A DNA stretch of 63,584 bases, counting the filler, from Chiloscyllium plagiosum (taxonomy: Eukaryota): NCBI RefSeq assembly GCF_004010195.1. It is 3 parts of one record of this genome, joined end to end, with 100 filler letters (N's around TTAATTAATTAA, not from the genome) between each part and the next. Parts side by side here need not be neighbours in the genome. Positions count along the whole stretch, not along the records: positions 1 to 30,642 come from NC_057716.1; 2 more parts are not named here. One strand, written 5' to 3'. Below are positions 1 through 11,829 of this stretch, piece by piece (position 1 is the first letter of the stretch; the number at the start of each line of letters is the position of its first letter). Under the pieces are notes generated by a model that did not search any database, was not told the DNA's origin, and saw only the letters and a list, made by a program, of their open reading frames with translations. The translations under genes were made by a program, and so were the position numbers.

Positions 1-699
1 GTAAAGTTCAGGATAATGGTAGAGAATGATGTGCAATAATTGAGAGTGAGAAACATTAGTTGACTCAGAGCAGCCTTCAATGGGGCAAGAATTAGGCTGG
101 GAAGCTTTGACTGGAACTCTAATTTGGTCAGAAAAAGAGGTCCGTTTTAGCTTTAATTGAAACTCAGAACCATATACAAACCATTTACAGCTACATGTGG
201 TTTCCATTGTTTGCCTTTTATATTCGTTATTTTACTTCTCCTTCTCTGTTTTGAAAAGAAATCTGCTAAAGATTGTTTGATATGTCTTGCCAGCATAATT
301 TCACACACACTGTTTGCTTCCTAATTTCGCTTTGGACCTCACCCCTCCACATTCCGCACTCCTTTCAGCTTTCTGTAGTATTGAGTTCCCACTGTCTGAT
401 GTAAGCTTTCCTGTTCTGTCTGTCTGTTCCTAGATTTCAAGGGAGCTCTGGATTTAGCACTCTGACCCTTTTTACTTTGTGAGGTCACATTTTCTGGGAT
501 CCACTTTAATCTCCCCTCAGAATACCTGCCACTGCTCTGATTCTGATTTATCTTCTCGTTATTGTTTCTTGTTCACTTGAAGAAATCTCTTCTCAGCTTA
601 ATAAAGTTAGACCGAGTTGCACTAAAACTCCAACTCATAGTCTTGCTTTGTCCTTTACAATACTTCAGTTAAAATCAAACGAATTATGATCACTGTTGC

Positions 700-1959
700 T
701 CTTTTACTTCCGGATGGCGGTGGTAATGAGTGTGGATGGTGCTGTTTAAGGAGGGCTATAGTACTCAAACCTGCTGCTGAGTGTCGGTGGGGGAGGGAGG
801 GTGTCATTGTCGATGGGGACCAATCAAGTGGGCTGCTTAGTCTTTAATCATGTCAAACTGTCTGAGTACTCTTGGAGCTGCACTCATCAGAGAAGTGGAG
901 ATTGTTCTATCATATCTTAACTTGAACCTTGGAGATTTTGGAGAGGCTTTGTCAAGACAGGAGAAAAGGTTACTGGTTGCAAGCTTCCTAACTTCTGATC
1001 TGATGTTCTAATTGTAGCAGCTGTAGAGTCTTGGATAAACCTCAAAATGTTAGGGCCAATGGATTCAGCAATGGTACTGATTTTGAATGTTGAATAGCGA
1101 TGGTGAGATGGTTTATAATTGGTCATTGTCTGACATTTGCGTGGCTCGAATGTTACTTGCCACTTATCAGCCCAAGTCTGGCTGTTGTCCAAGCCTTGCT
1201 GCATTCAGACTGATTTCGTGATCTGAGTAGTAGGGAATTATAAACTCATGAGCAAATATCATTACATCTGACCGTATGAAGGAGTGAGCTTGCGGATAGC
1301 TGGTTTTCCAAAGAACTTGCTGACTTAGTTCTTCCAGATTAAAGTGGGTTTCGAAGTTGCTCTCCAATAAAGCTTGGTGCAGTGAACCTTGTAAAAGGTA
1401 TACAACGCTACTATTGAGCATCAGTGATGGAGAGGATGGATGGTCATGGAAGTGATAGTAATTAAATGGGTTGGTTTTGTCCCGTATTATTCATGGGATG
1501 TAATTCATCACAGCCTTTGGGGAATCAGCAGGTCAGTTGCTCACTGCAGATTTCCTAGCCTCTGACCTGCTCTTAAAGGCGGTGTTATTTATGGGGCCAG
1601 TCCAGGGCACATTCTGGGCAGTGATAGCACCCAGGATTCTAATAAACATGTTGTGGACTCAATGATGGGAATGTTATGGAAGGTCAAAATGGTTTGATTC
1701 TTTATTGTTATTTATTGTCTAATATTTATGTGGTGTGACTATTATTTGCCATTTGTCATTACTAAACCTGGATAATTACCAGGTCTTGCTCCATTTCAGC
1801 ATGACCTTTTTCAGGAATGGTATCATCAGTGACCATCCCCCCCCCCCCCGCCCGTCTGACCTTATGATGGAGAGAGGGTCATTGCAACAGCTGAAAATGG
1901 TTGAGCCTCGGACACTCTCTTTCCTGAGGAATGGCTGTAGAATTCTTCTGGAGTTCCAG
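700..1959 (-). mobile_element. Decayed CR1-superfamily LINE, RT/C-terminal fragments (non-HER1 type; two partly redundant pieces)
   Basis: Minus-strand ORFs read QQGLDNSQTWADKWQVTFEPRKCQTMT (917-1204) and ESVRGSTIFSCCNDPLSIIRS (1776-1967), matching the CR1-type RT motifs QxDLDxxxxWADKWQxxFxxxKC and GSVLGPTIFSCFINDL. Confidence 0.8.
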
Positions 1960-4614
1960 TTACTCACACTTACAACAGGAATTATTGTTGCTCGGGATAA
2001 TTACTCACACTGATAACAGGCATTATTGTTGCTGGGGATTATTACTCACACTGATGACAGGCATTATTGTTGCTGGGGATGATTACTCATACGGATAACA
2101 GGCATTATTGTTGCTGGGGATGATTACTCTCACTGACACCAGGCATTATTGTTGCTGGGGATAATGAATCACACTGACAACAGGCATTATTGTTGCTGGG
2201 GATAATTACTCACATTGAAAAAAGGTATTATAGTTGCTGGGGATAATTACTCACACTGACCACAGGCATTATCGTTGCTAGGTATAATTACTCACACTGA
2301 CAAAAGGCATTATTGTTGCTGGGAACGTTTACTCAAACTGAAAACAGGCATTATTGTTGCTGGAGATAGTTACTGACACTGATAGCAGGCATTATGGTTG
2401 CTGGGTTAATTGATCACACTGTCAGCAGGCATTATTATTGCTGGGGATAATTACTCACACTCACAATAGGCATTATTGTTACTGGGGATAATTACTCACG
2501 CTGACAACAGACATTATTGTTGCTGGGGACAGTTACTCAAACTGACAACAGGCATTATTGTTGCTGGAGATAGTTACTGACACTGACAGCAGGCATTATG
2601 GTTGCTCGGGACAATTATTCACACTGGCAACAAGCATTATTGTTGCTGGGGATAATTACTCACACTGACAACTGGCATTATTGTTACTGGGGATAATTAC
2701 TCACACTGACAACAGACATTATTGTTGCTGGGGTTAATTACTCACAATGACAACAGGCGTTGTTGTTGCTGCGGTTAAAAACTCACACTTACAACAGGTA
2801 TTATTGTTGCTAGGGATAATTACTCACACTGATAACAGGCATTATTGCTGATGGGGTTAATTACTCACACTGACAGCAGGCATTATTGCTGCTGGGGTTA
2901 ATTACTCACACTGACAAGAGGCATTATTGTTACTGGGGATAATTACTCACACTGACAAGAGGCATTATAGTTGCTGGGGATAATTACTCACACTGACAGC
3001 AGGCATTATAGTTGCTGGGGATAATTATTCACACTGACAGTAGGCATTATTGCTGCTGGGGTTAATTACTCACATTGACAAGAGGCATTATAGTTGCTGA
3101 GGATAATTAATCAATCTGATAACAGGCACTGTTGTTGCTGGGGATAATTACGCACACTGTCAACAGGCATTATTGCTGCTGGAGATAGTTACTCACACTG
3201 ACATTAGGCATTATGGTTGCTGGGATAATTACTCACAGTGACAGCAGGCATTATTGTTGCTGGGGATAATTACACTGACAACATGCAATATTGTTGATGG
3301 GGGTAATTAATCACACTCACAATAGGCATTATTGTTGCTGGAGATATTTACTCACACTGACAGCAGGCATTATGGTTGCTGGGATAATTACTCACACTGT
3401 CAGCATCCACTATTGTTGCTGGGGATAATTACACAAACTGACAACAGGCATTATTGTTGCTGGGGTTAATTACACTGACAACAGGCAGTATTGTTGCTGG
3501 GGATAGTTAATCACACTGACAAAAGGCACTATTGTTGCTGGGGATACTTACTGACACAGACAACAGGCAGTATTGTTGCTCGAGATTGTTACTCACACTG
3601 ACAACAAGCATTATTGTTGCTGGGGATAAATACTCACACTGACAACAAGCATTATTGCTGTTGGGGTTAATTACTCACACTGATAAGAGGCATTATATTT
3701 GCTCGGGATAATTAATCACACTGAAAACCGGCATTAATGTTGCTGGGGATAATTATTCAAACTGACAACAAGCATTATAGTTGCTGGGGATAATTACTCA
3801 CACTGACAACAGGCATTACTTTTGCTTGGGATAATTACTCACACTGACAACAGGCATTACTTTTGCTTGGGATAATTACTCAAACAGACAACAGGCATTA
3901 TTGCTGCTGGGGATAATTACTCACACTGACAACAGGCACTACTATTGCTGGGGATAATTACTCACACTGACAGCATGCATAATTGTTGCTGGTGATAATT
4001 ACTCACACTGACAACAGGCATTATTGTTCCTGGGGTAACTGCTCACTCTTACAACAGACATTATTGTTACTGGGGATAATTACTCACGCTGACAACAGAC
4101 ATTATTTTTGCTGGGGACAGTTACTCAAACTGACAACAGGCATTATTGTTGCTGGGGATAATTACTCAAACTGACAACAAGCATTATAGTTGCTGGGGAT
4201 AATTACTCACACTGACAACAGGCACTACTATTGCTGGGGATAATTACTCACACTGACAGCATGCATTATTGTTGCTGGTGATAATTCCTCACACTGACAA
4301 CAGGCATTATTGTTCCTGTGGGTAACTGCTCACTCTGACAACAGACATTATTGTTACTGGGGATAATTACTCACACTGACAACCGGCATTATTTTTGCTG
4401 GGGATAATTACTCACACTGACAGCAGGCATTATTGTTGCTGAGGAAAATTACTCACACTGACAACAGACATTATTGTTCCTGTGGGTAGCTACTCACTCT
4501 GACAACAGACATTATTGTTGCTGGGGATAATTAATCACACTGACAGTAGGCACTATTGTTTCTGGGGATAATTACTCGCACTGACAACCGGCATTATTGT
4601 TGCTTGGGATAATT
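1960..4614. repeat. 41-bp minisatellite, about 65 copies
   Basis: Directly visible tandem unit GGCATTATTGTTGCTGGGGATAATTACTCACACTGACAACA with scattered variants. Confidence 0.97.
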
Positions 4615-6050
4615 CCAACCTGGAAAGTAATTCCCCCAGATTCCGATTAAGTCTAATTATACTCTGGCTCCTATTGTCACACCCTGTTACATGGTGCCTT
4701 GATGTGAACATTAATTACTCTCACTGCTCGTTTGGAATTCTCCTCTTTTGAACTGAGCGTGCAATGGGCTCAGGATCTGAGTGACCCTGAAGGGACACTA
4801 ACTGAAAGACACTGGGCAGGTTATTGCTGATTGATCCCATTATTGCTGACACCTTCCTTCACATTTCCATGGCAGACCTTACAACGATGGGTCAGAGACT
4901 GGCTGGAATACAAGGGCTCTGCTTTTTATTTATGTCCAGGACATACTTGCTAGCCTATCATTTTTTTTGGCAGGTGTCAGTATTTTTGCTGGAGTGGATC
5001 AGCTTGGTTACAGATGTGGCAATCTGTGGTGTTAAATCACAGTGTCTCCATCCATGTGTTGACATTGTGTGGGGTAAATTGAGTTGTCTGAAGATCGGGG
5101 TCTGTGATGCTGGTGCCTACTGAAGGAGGCTGAAATGGATCATCTGCTCAGCTCCTCTGGCTGAAGTTTGTTCCAGTTACAGCAGCTTTATGTTTTCCTT
5201 GATGTGCTGCAGTCCCGCATAACTGGGGATTTCATTGTTGGAGAGCAGCCTCCTCCTCCAATGGTCTCATTCATTGTCCACTGTCTTTTATAACTAAATG
5301 TGGCAGGACTGTATAGATACACCTATACCATTGATTGTGGGATCACTGAGCTCTGTCCATAACTGGCTGCTTATGCTTCTTAGCATGCAAGTTGGCCTGC
5401 TTTGTAGCTGAAGGCAGTAAGATGTTCTCTAGGTTGTCCACTCATATCTAGGTTTGGCTGGTGCTGCTCCCAGCATGTCCCTCTGCACTCCTCACTGACC
5501 CAGGAAGCGATCCCTGGCTTGATGGTTACTATACAGTGGGAGGTATGCCGGGCAATTGAGGTTGCAGACTATATGAGTTGTGCTGCTGCCGATGGCCCAC
5601 TGCACCTCATGGACTCCACGTTGTTAGTTGGTCGATCTGTTCAAATTCTGTCCCATTCAGCGCATAGATTGCTACATAAAATGGTAGACAAAATTAAGCT
5701 AGCCCTCCTCCCTAAAAGGACTGTGTAGTGACCATTCTTACCGATATATGAAATGGAGAGGTGCGTCTGCAGCAGGCAGATCGGTGACGATGTGGTCAAT
5801 TATATGTTTTCCCCTTGTTGATTCCCTCAGAACCTGCCCCAAAGCAGTCTTGCCGCCACAGGATCCAGCATTAATGCTGAGCACTCTATTGACTATATAT
5901 ACCAATATTGTATACATATGCCCCCCTCTGCCTGGCTGTTTCCTGTCAGTGGGACAGAGATCATGGTGATGTTGCCGGATACATAGTCCTTTTCTCAGAA
6001 TCCTGCTATACAGACAATATCTGAGTGTTGCTTAATTAGTCTGTTTGAAA
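4615..6050 (-). mobile_element. Continuation of the same decayed CR1-superfamily LINE (upstream ORF2 part)
   Basis: Collinear with the element left of the satellite, and similar to the same family at 32020-32860 and 41060-41350. Confidence 0.65.
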
Positions 6051-6329
6051 TATACGGCAGGTCACTTTTATATTTTGTATCATAGAGAGTTATCATCACT
6101 TTATGTCTTACATATTTGAAAATAAACCAAACATCATTGCTTTTCTGTTATAAATAACTGAAGTGAACACAAATTACATTACCAGAGTACACACATAATT
6201 ATTACACAACTCAGTGACTGTAGTAACCATTTTCAGATCAGTGATTATACTATCATGCAGTCAGCAAATTTCCTGCACATGACATTTTTTTAAAAAGAAA
6301 GCCTGAAATCAGAAAGAGCGTTATCACAC

Positions 6330-6750
6330 CTCACCACTGCAATCTGCAAAATACCGGCCATCTGCTAAATTTGTCCACGGGGCTTCCAAACTTGAGCTGG
6401 ACTGTTATTCACGCTATCCCTTACAACAGAAACAGCCCGAACCAACAAGGGAGTGCATGAGACAGCATGTTCAAAGGACTATCACAGGGCGTCATGCTGG
6501 TCCGATTACACTTCAGCACTTGTATAAATGACCTGCCAACCACCATGTCGTGCAATTTTATCTCTGCTGATGACTTCGAGTGTGTCACCTAAGCTCTATA
6601 ATTCTGCACCTTGGACCCGATCGCCCTGAAAATATTACAAACGTGATGGACTCCTGCAGCACATGGCGTCTTACATTGAACCCTCATAAACGATATCGAG
6701 TGTACGTCAGCTCCACAATGTCAGTATCCAAACAGAAACGAGACTGAGCA
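6330..6750 (+). mobile_element. Non-LTR retrotransposon RT fragment, Vingi/Ingi-like
   Basis: Manual translation gives TGHLLNLSTGLP...KGLSQGVMLVRLHFSTCINDLPTTMSCNFISADDF...STWRLTLNPHK, a degenerate GxPQGSVLAP/NDLP/YADD RT core that differs from the local CR1 copies. Confidence 0.6.
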
Positions 6751-7779
6751 TTTCAAAGTCTCTCACTGTGATTCGTTCACACTTTTCATTATATTATCAT
6801 CGTAAAATTGATCAGAACAACTGGCTGGGTTTGGAAACAAATGGAAATATCTATGTAAATTTTCTCGGCATTGCATTAACCACTGACAGCAACATTTTAT
6901 TACTGAAGGTCGTAAAGCCTTTGATTGCTCATTTAGTACAAACTCACCCATTTGTTTTGTTCAAATTTATAACTGGAATATCATCAAAACAATGCACAAA
7001 TCACAATAAGGAACTTTCAAATCATGAGCCCAAGATCAAATGATTAAGTATAAGGATTTTAAAAATATACAAGTATTTTTCCTTGTATGAGTATGTGTGC
7101 TAATATGCAAACACTATTATTTTTGTGACAATAATTTAACTGTGTCCAGATGTTCTACAGTCGATACTAGTACACATTTGCTGCTTTTATCTCGCAAGTC
7201 AGTAATTTGTTATGTGAATGTCAATGTCTGTGTGATGCTCGGTATGTAGGCCTTGACTCTGAAATACTGACATATTGTTTCAAATAGCATATCCCGACCC
7301 CAACGTCAGCTGTTCACAACAAGCAAGGTACTGACTGGACCCAAGCAACCTGCGCGCACAAAACTCTCATCTCCCTGTCCAATATTGGTCATGCTTGGAC
7401 AATATGTTTAATTTTAGTTCATTCTGTTGCTGATTACGTTAATATTCATTGCCCATTCTCTCGTTTCCCTTGAAAAGGTGTTGGTGGATTGCTTTCTTGA
7501 ACTGTTGCCTTCTGTGTTTTTTGTGAGACATAATGAGGGGAATATCTCGAAACAATAACACTAAATAAACGGTGATGTATTTCTAAACTAGGAGTAGTTT
7601 GGACAGAACATGAGTGTGCTAGTATTCCTATTTATCTGCTGCCCTTATTCTTCTTATGTCCCTGATTTTGAAAGGTGCGGTGTTCGGATCCTGCGTGAAT
7701 TTCTGCACATCTTGTGTACAGTGCACATTGCTGCTCCCGAGTGTTAATGGGTTAGAGATGAAGCTGCACTCATCCAGAT

Positions 7780-8730
7780 AAATGGGACAGGTAAACAAAA
7801 CAGTTAGGTGTGAAATAACTGTCACACTGCACTGACACATCGTCACTCAAAGACAGGGATAGCATGGGTTTACACAGAATAAATGTACACCTACGTTCGC
7901 CCTTTCGTATTCCTTGGTCATATTCAACATTGTGTTGGATATGCTTTAAGCCACCCGTGACATTGTCTCCATCAAGCGGTGAAGGATAGGTACCGCACGG
8001 GGTTAGAAGCAGGGTCCGTCCAGCATGGGGTTAGATTTTGATTAATCAGACTCCATATCGTCCCCACTCCAACAGTCCCAGGACAGGTACAGTACAGGAT
8101 AAGATACAAAGTAAAACACCACGTAAACTGATCGACATCAGGAGCCACCAGAATGGCTTAATCACAACATCCAATACAGATCGAAACTCACGCTGTGCTA
8201 ACCCAATCGAACACTGAAGGTTAGTTTTAAACTGGAGTTAGCTAATTATTAAAGATCATCCTGCAGCATCCCAATCAGACACTCCCAGGAAATGGGCAAC
8301 ATGGGTGGCACAGTGGCTCAGTGGTTACCATTGCAGACTCACAGAACCAGGGAACTGGGTTTAATTCCAGTTACAGGCGACTGTCTGTGTGGACTTTGCA
8401 CGTTCTCCCCATGTTTGCGCGGGTTTCTTCACATAATCCAAAGATGTGCAGGTTAGGTAAATTGGCCATGCTAAATTGCCTACAGTTCTCAGGGATATAT
8501 GGGTTAGTCGGAGTAAATGTAGAGAAATGAGTTTGGGTGGGATAGGCTTTGGAGAATTGGTGTGGACTTATTGGGCCGAGGGCCTTTTTCCACTCTGTAG
8601 TGATTCGAGATACAGAGGAAAGCTCCTCTGCACTACCACCATTGAACAGTTTCAGGACAGGTAAAGGAAAGGTTTTGACACAAGTTAAAGCTCCGTCTAC
8701 ACTGTTCTCTATCAAACACTCTCAGGTCAG
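7780..8730. repeat. Degenerate ~65-70 bp tandem repeat, interrupted by an HE1 SINE; repeated again in the 8864-9799 duplicate
   Basis: Recurrent blocks such as cactcccagg-acagg(g/t)acagcacggggttagatacagagtaaagctccctctacactgt-ccccatcaa. Confidence 0.6.
8303..8606 (+). mobile_element. HE1-type tRNA-derived SINE (diverged)
   Basis: A/B-box head (gtggctcagtggtta...gggtttaattcc), core tttgcacgttctcccc...aagatgtgcaggttagg...attggccatgctaaattgcc, and a LINE-like tail. Confidence 0.88.
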
Positions 8731-9238
8731 TGTAATAATGCTGTCACTTTCAGAAGGTTATTTTGTCTTTGGGTTTTTTTTTTGTAAATGAGAAGTTGTA
8801 ACTTCAAAATGTCAAAATGTTAAATGTCAAATGAGAAGGTGTCAAAATGTCTCAGAAAGAGCCCATTGTGTTGGATATGCTTTAAGCCACCCGTGACATT
8901 GTCTCCATCAAGCAGTGAAGGATAGGTACTGCACGGGGTTAGAAGCAGGGTCCGTCCAGCATGGGGTTAGATTTTGATTAATCAGACTCCATATCGTCCC
9001 CACTCCAACAGTCCCAGTACAGGTACAGCACAGGATAAGATACAAAGTAAAACACCACGTAAACTGATCGACATCAGGAGCCAACAGAATGGCTTAATCA
9101 CAACATCCAATACAGATCGAAACTCACGCTGTGCTAACCCAATCGAACACTGAAGGTTAGTTTTAGACTGGAGTTAGCTAATTATTAAAGATCACCCTGC
9201 AGCATCCCCATCAGACACTCCCAGGAAATGGGCAACAT

Positions 9239-9542
9239 GGGTGGCACAGTGGCTCAGCGGTTACCACTGCTGCCACACAGCACCAGGGAACTGGGTTTAA
9301 TTCCAGCTACAGACGACTGTCTGTGTGGACTTTGCACGTTCTCCCCACGTTTGCGCGGGTTTCTTCACATAATCCAAAGATGTGCAGGTTAGGTAAATTG
9401 GCCATGATAAATTGCCTACAGTTCTCAGGGATATGTGGGTTAGTCGGAGTAAATGTAGAGGAATGAGTTTGGGTGGGATAGGCTTTGGAGAGTTGGTGTG
9501 GACTTATTGGGCCAAGGGACTTTTTCCACTCTGTCGTGATTC
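9239..9542 (+). mobile_element. HE1-type SINE (duplicate of 8303-8606)
   Basis: Same sequence within the second tandem copy. Confidence 0.88.
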
Positions 9543-9667
9543 GAGATACAGAGGAAAGCTCCTTCTGCACTACCACCATCGAACAGTTTCAGGACAGGTA
9601 AAGGAAAGGTTTTGACACAGGTTAAAGCTCCATCTACACTGTTCTCTATGAAACAATCTCAGATCAG

Positions 9668-10205
9668 TGTAATAATCCTGTCACTTTCAGAGGGTTATTT
9701 TGTTCTTGGGTTTTTTTGTAAATGAGAAGTTGTAACTTCAAAATGTCAAAATGTTAAATGTCAAATGAGAAGGTGTCAAAATGTCTCAGAAAGAGCCCAG
9801 TTGAACAATGGTGAGGAGTGGCCAGTTCTCACAGTTCAGGTTTTTTGTTCTAATTTGGTTTATTTGTAACAGAGAAGTTGCCGATAGCAGGCACAGAAGC
9901 TGCTGCAGCTGAAACAGGTTCGATACTTCAGTAGATGGTCCCTGACTGAATTTACTCTCAGAAATCTCTCCTGCCTGCAAGATTCTGTGTTTATATTTAC
10001 CTTTCACTAAATGGTTTGTTTATGGGATGTTACGGGAATTGGAACAGTTCATTGGTTAAGTTGCGTTACTGAGGTGCTTGAGTTTTCAAATTATGAAGCT
10101 ATTCTAAATTCTGTTTTCTTCGTGTTTCAGCTTTAGTATTTCGATAATATTATGTTTTGGTTAAAGCTGTGTGGTTTGACCAGCTGCATCACTCCTGGAA
10201 TATCC
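9668..10205 (+). mobile_element. Probable LTR fragment (truncated solo LTR)
   Basis: Starts TGTAAT and is non-coding, with an abrupt junction to a LINE at ~10210; its first ~130 bp also occur at 8731-8863. No TSD or CA terminus was found. Confidence 0.4.
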
Positions 10206-10211
10206 AATCCA

Positions 10212-10772
10212 CGTCGTGGAGACCACACTTGGAATATTGTGTCCTGTTCTGGTCGCCCTACTGTAGAAAAGCTACAGAGGCTTTGGAGAGGGTGCAAAGA
10301 AGGTTTACCAGGATGCTGCCTGGACTGGAGGGTTTGCCTTATGAAGAAAAGTTGAATAAGATCGGACTTTTCTCTCTGGAGAGAAGGAGGAAGAGAGGAG
10401 ATCTGAATCGAGGTATACCAGGTAATGAGAGGCATGGATAGAGTCAATAGCCTGAGACATTTCCCCAGGGCAGGATTGACTGGCACGAGGGGTCATTGTT
10501 TTAAGACATTAGGAGAAGTATATAGAGGGATCATCGGTGGTAGGTTCTTTACACAGAAAGTTCTGAATGCATGGAATGTATTGTCAGCAGTGATGGTGGA
10601 AGCAGAACCATTAGGGACATTTAAGCGAATACTGGACATGTACATGGACAGCAGTGAATTGAGGGTTGCGTCGGTTAGGTTATTTTATTTTACATTAGGA
10701 TTAATATTCTGCATAACATTGTGGGCCCAAGGGCCTGTTTTTTTCTATATTCTTTGTTGTATGTTCTATTTT
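10212..10772 (+). mobile_element. CR1/HER1 LINE 3' end
   Basis: [62 protein letters not shown], followed by the 3' UTR. Confidence 0.92.
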
Positions 10773-11829
10773 ATAGAAGACTTTCCCCTTTTTGAAAACA
10801 GTATATCCCTCCATTCTTCCTACAAAAGATGCTGCCTCACACATTCCCAAATTTTCTTCTATCAACCATTTTTCACCCATTTTCCTCATCTGTCCAAGTA
10901 CTTCTGCAGCTATCTGCCTATTTGACATTTGCAAACTTAGCAGCAATTCCATCAGTTCCTTTGTCCAGATTGTAATGTATAACGTGAATAGTTGTGGTCT
11001 CAACTCTGACTCCTGCAGAACTCGCCTAATCACCGACTACTTTCCATGAAAAAGACCTCCTTCATCCTTACTCTCAGCCTACTGTCAGTCAGCCAATACT
11101 TTAGCCACGCTGATAACTTGTCCCTGACAACTTGAGATTTTTTCTTATTCTTCAGCCTGCTGTGAAACACCTAGTCAAAGCATACGTTAGTATTCGTATA
11201 TTTGAAAAATAACCAAATCGATGCTGAAAGTTTGCATGACATGCCCTTACATTGCACAAGGTAGAAGCTGATACACAAGAGAACAAACTATGTTAAGAAC
11301 ATAATGAAGATGAGACGTGATGTACACAGATTCAGTAAGTGAGCAAAAGTTGTAAAACAAAGTGAACACATTCACACCAAAAATCAAAAAAGCTAACATA
11401 TTTTAAATAGAGAATCAAAAAACAAGTCACGGGACGATCTGTTTGTTGCTGTCTATGACAAACAGAAGATTGACTCCCGGGCATAGCAAATGACGAGGTT
11501 TCTTCACTGGACGGATTTTTTGGTATGAAGGTGTTGGCTTAGCATAAACTGCTAAACATGTTAGGCCTGCATTCCTACTTGTTTAGGTCAATGGATACCT
11601 GGAAATATATGGTCAATTGCCGCCTTCTTCCATCATTCATTGACTCTGGAGCAGTTGCTGCAGATTGGATGGTGGGAAAAGTAATTTTACTGTTTAACAT
11701 GACAGCGAGAGCAAAGTAAATCAGTGATGGACAGAACAGTCAGCCTAACGTCAGTACAGGAAAACTGTTAGGGTCTACTATCAAAGTTATATTAGCACGT
11801 GAAAAATATTTTGGGAAATTGATAAGGTT

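Larger units (their letters stand above)
7928..9799. repeat. Tandem duplication, 2 x ~936 bp
   Basis: cattgtgttggatatgctttaagcc starts at both 7928 and 8864, and both copies end in ctcagaaagagccca. Confidence 0.95.

Noticed and set aside
1960..4614. CRISPR-like array or RSS (CACAGTG-like CACACTG) array
   Set aside because: Units are contiguous with no unique spacers, the context is eukaryotic, and there is no nonamer at 12/23 spacing.
6946..6975. Minus-strand 25-nt micro-exon (ttccAG...GTGAGT)
   Set aside because: Splice-like signals alone are expected by chance, and no partner exon is supported.
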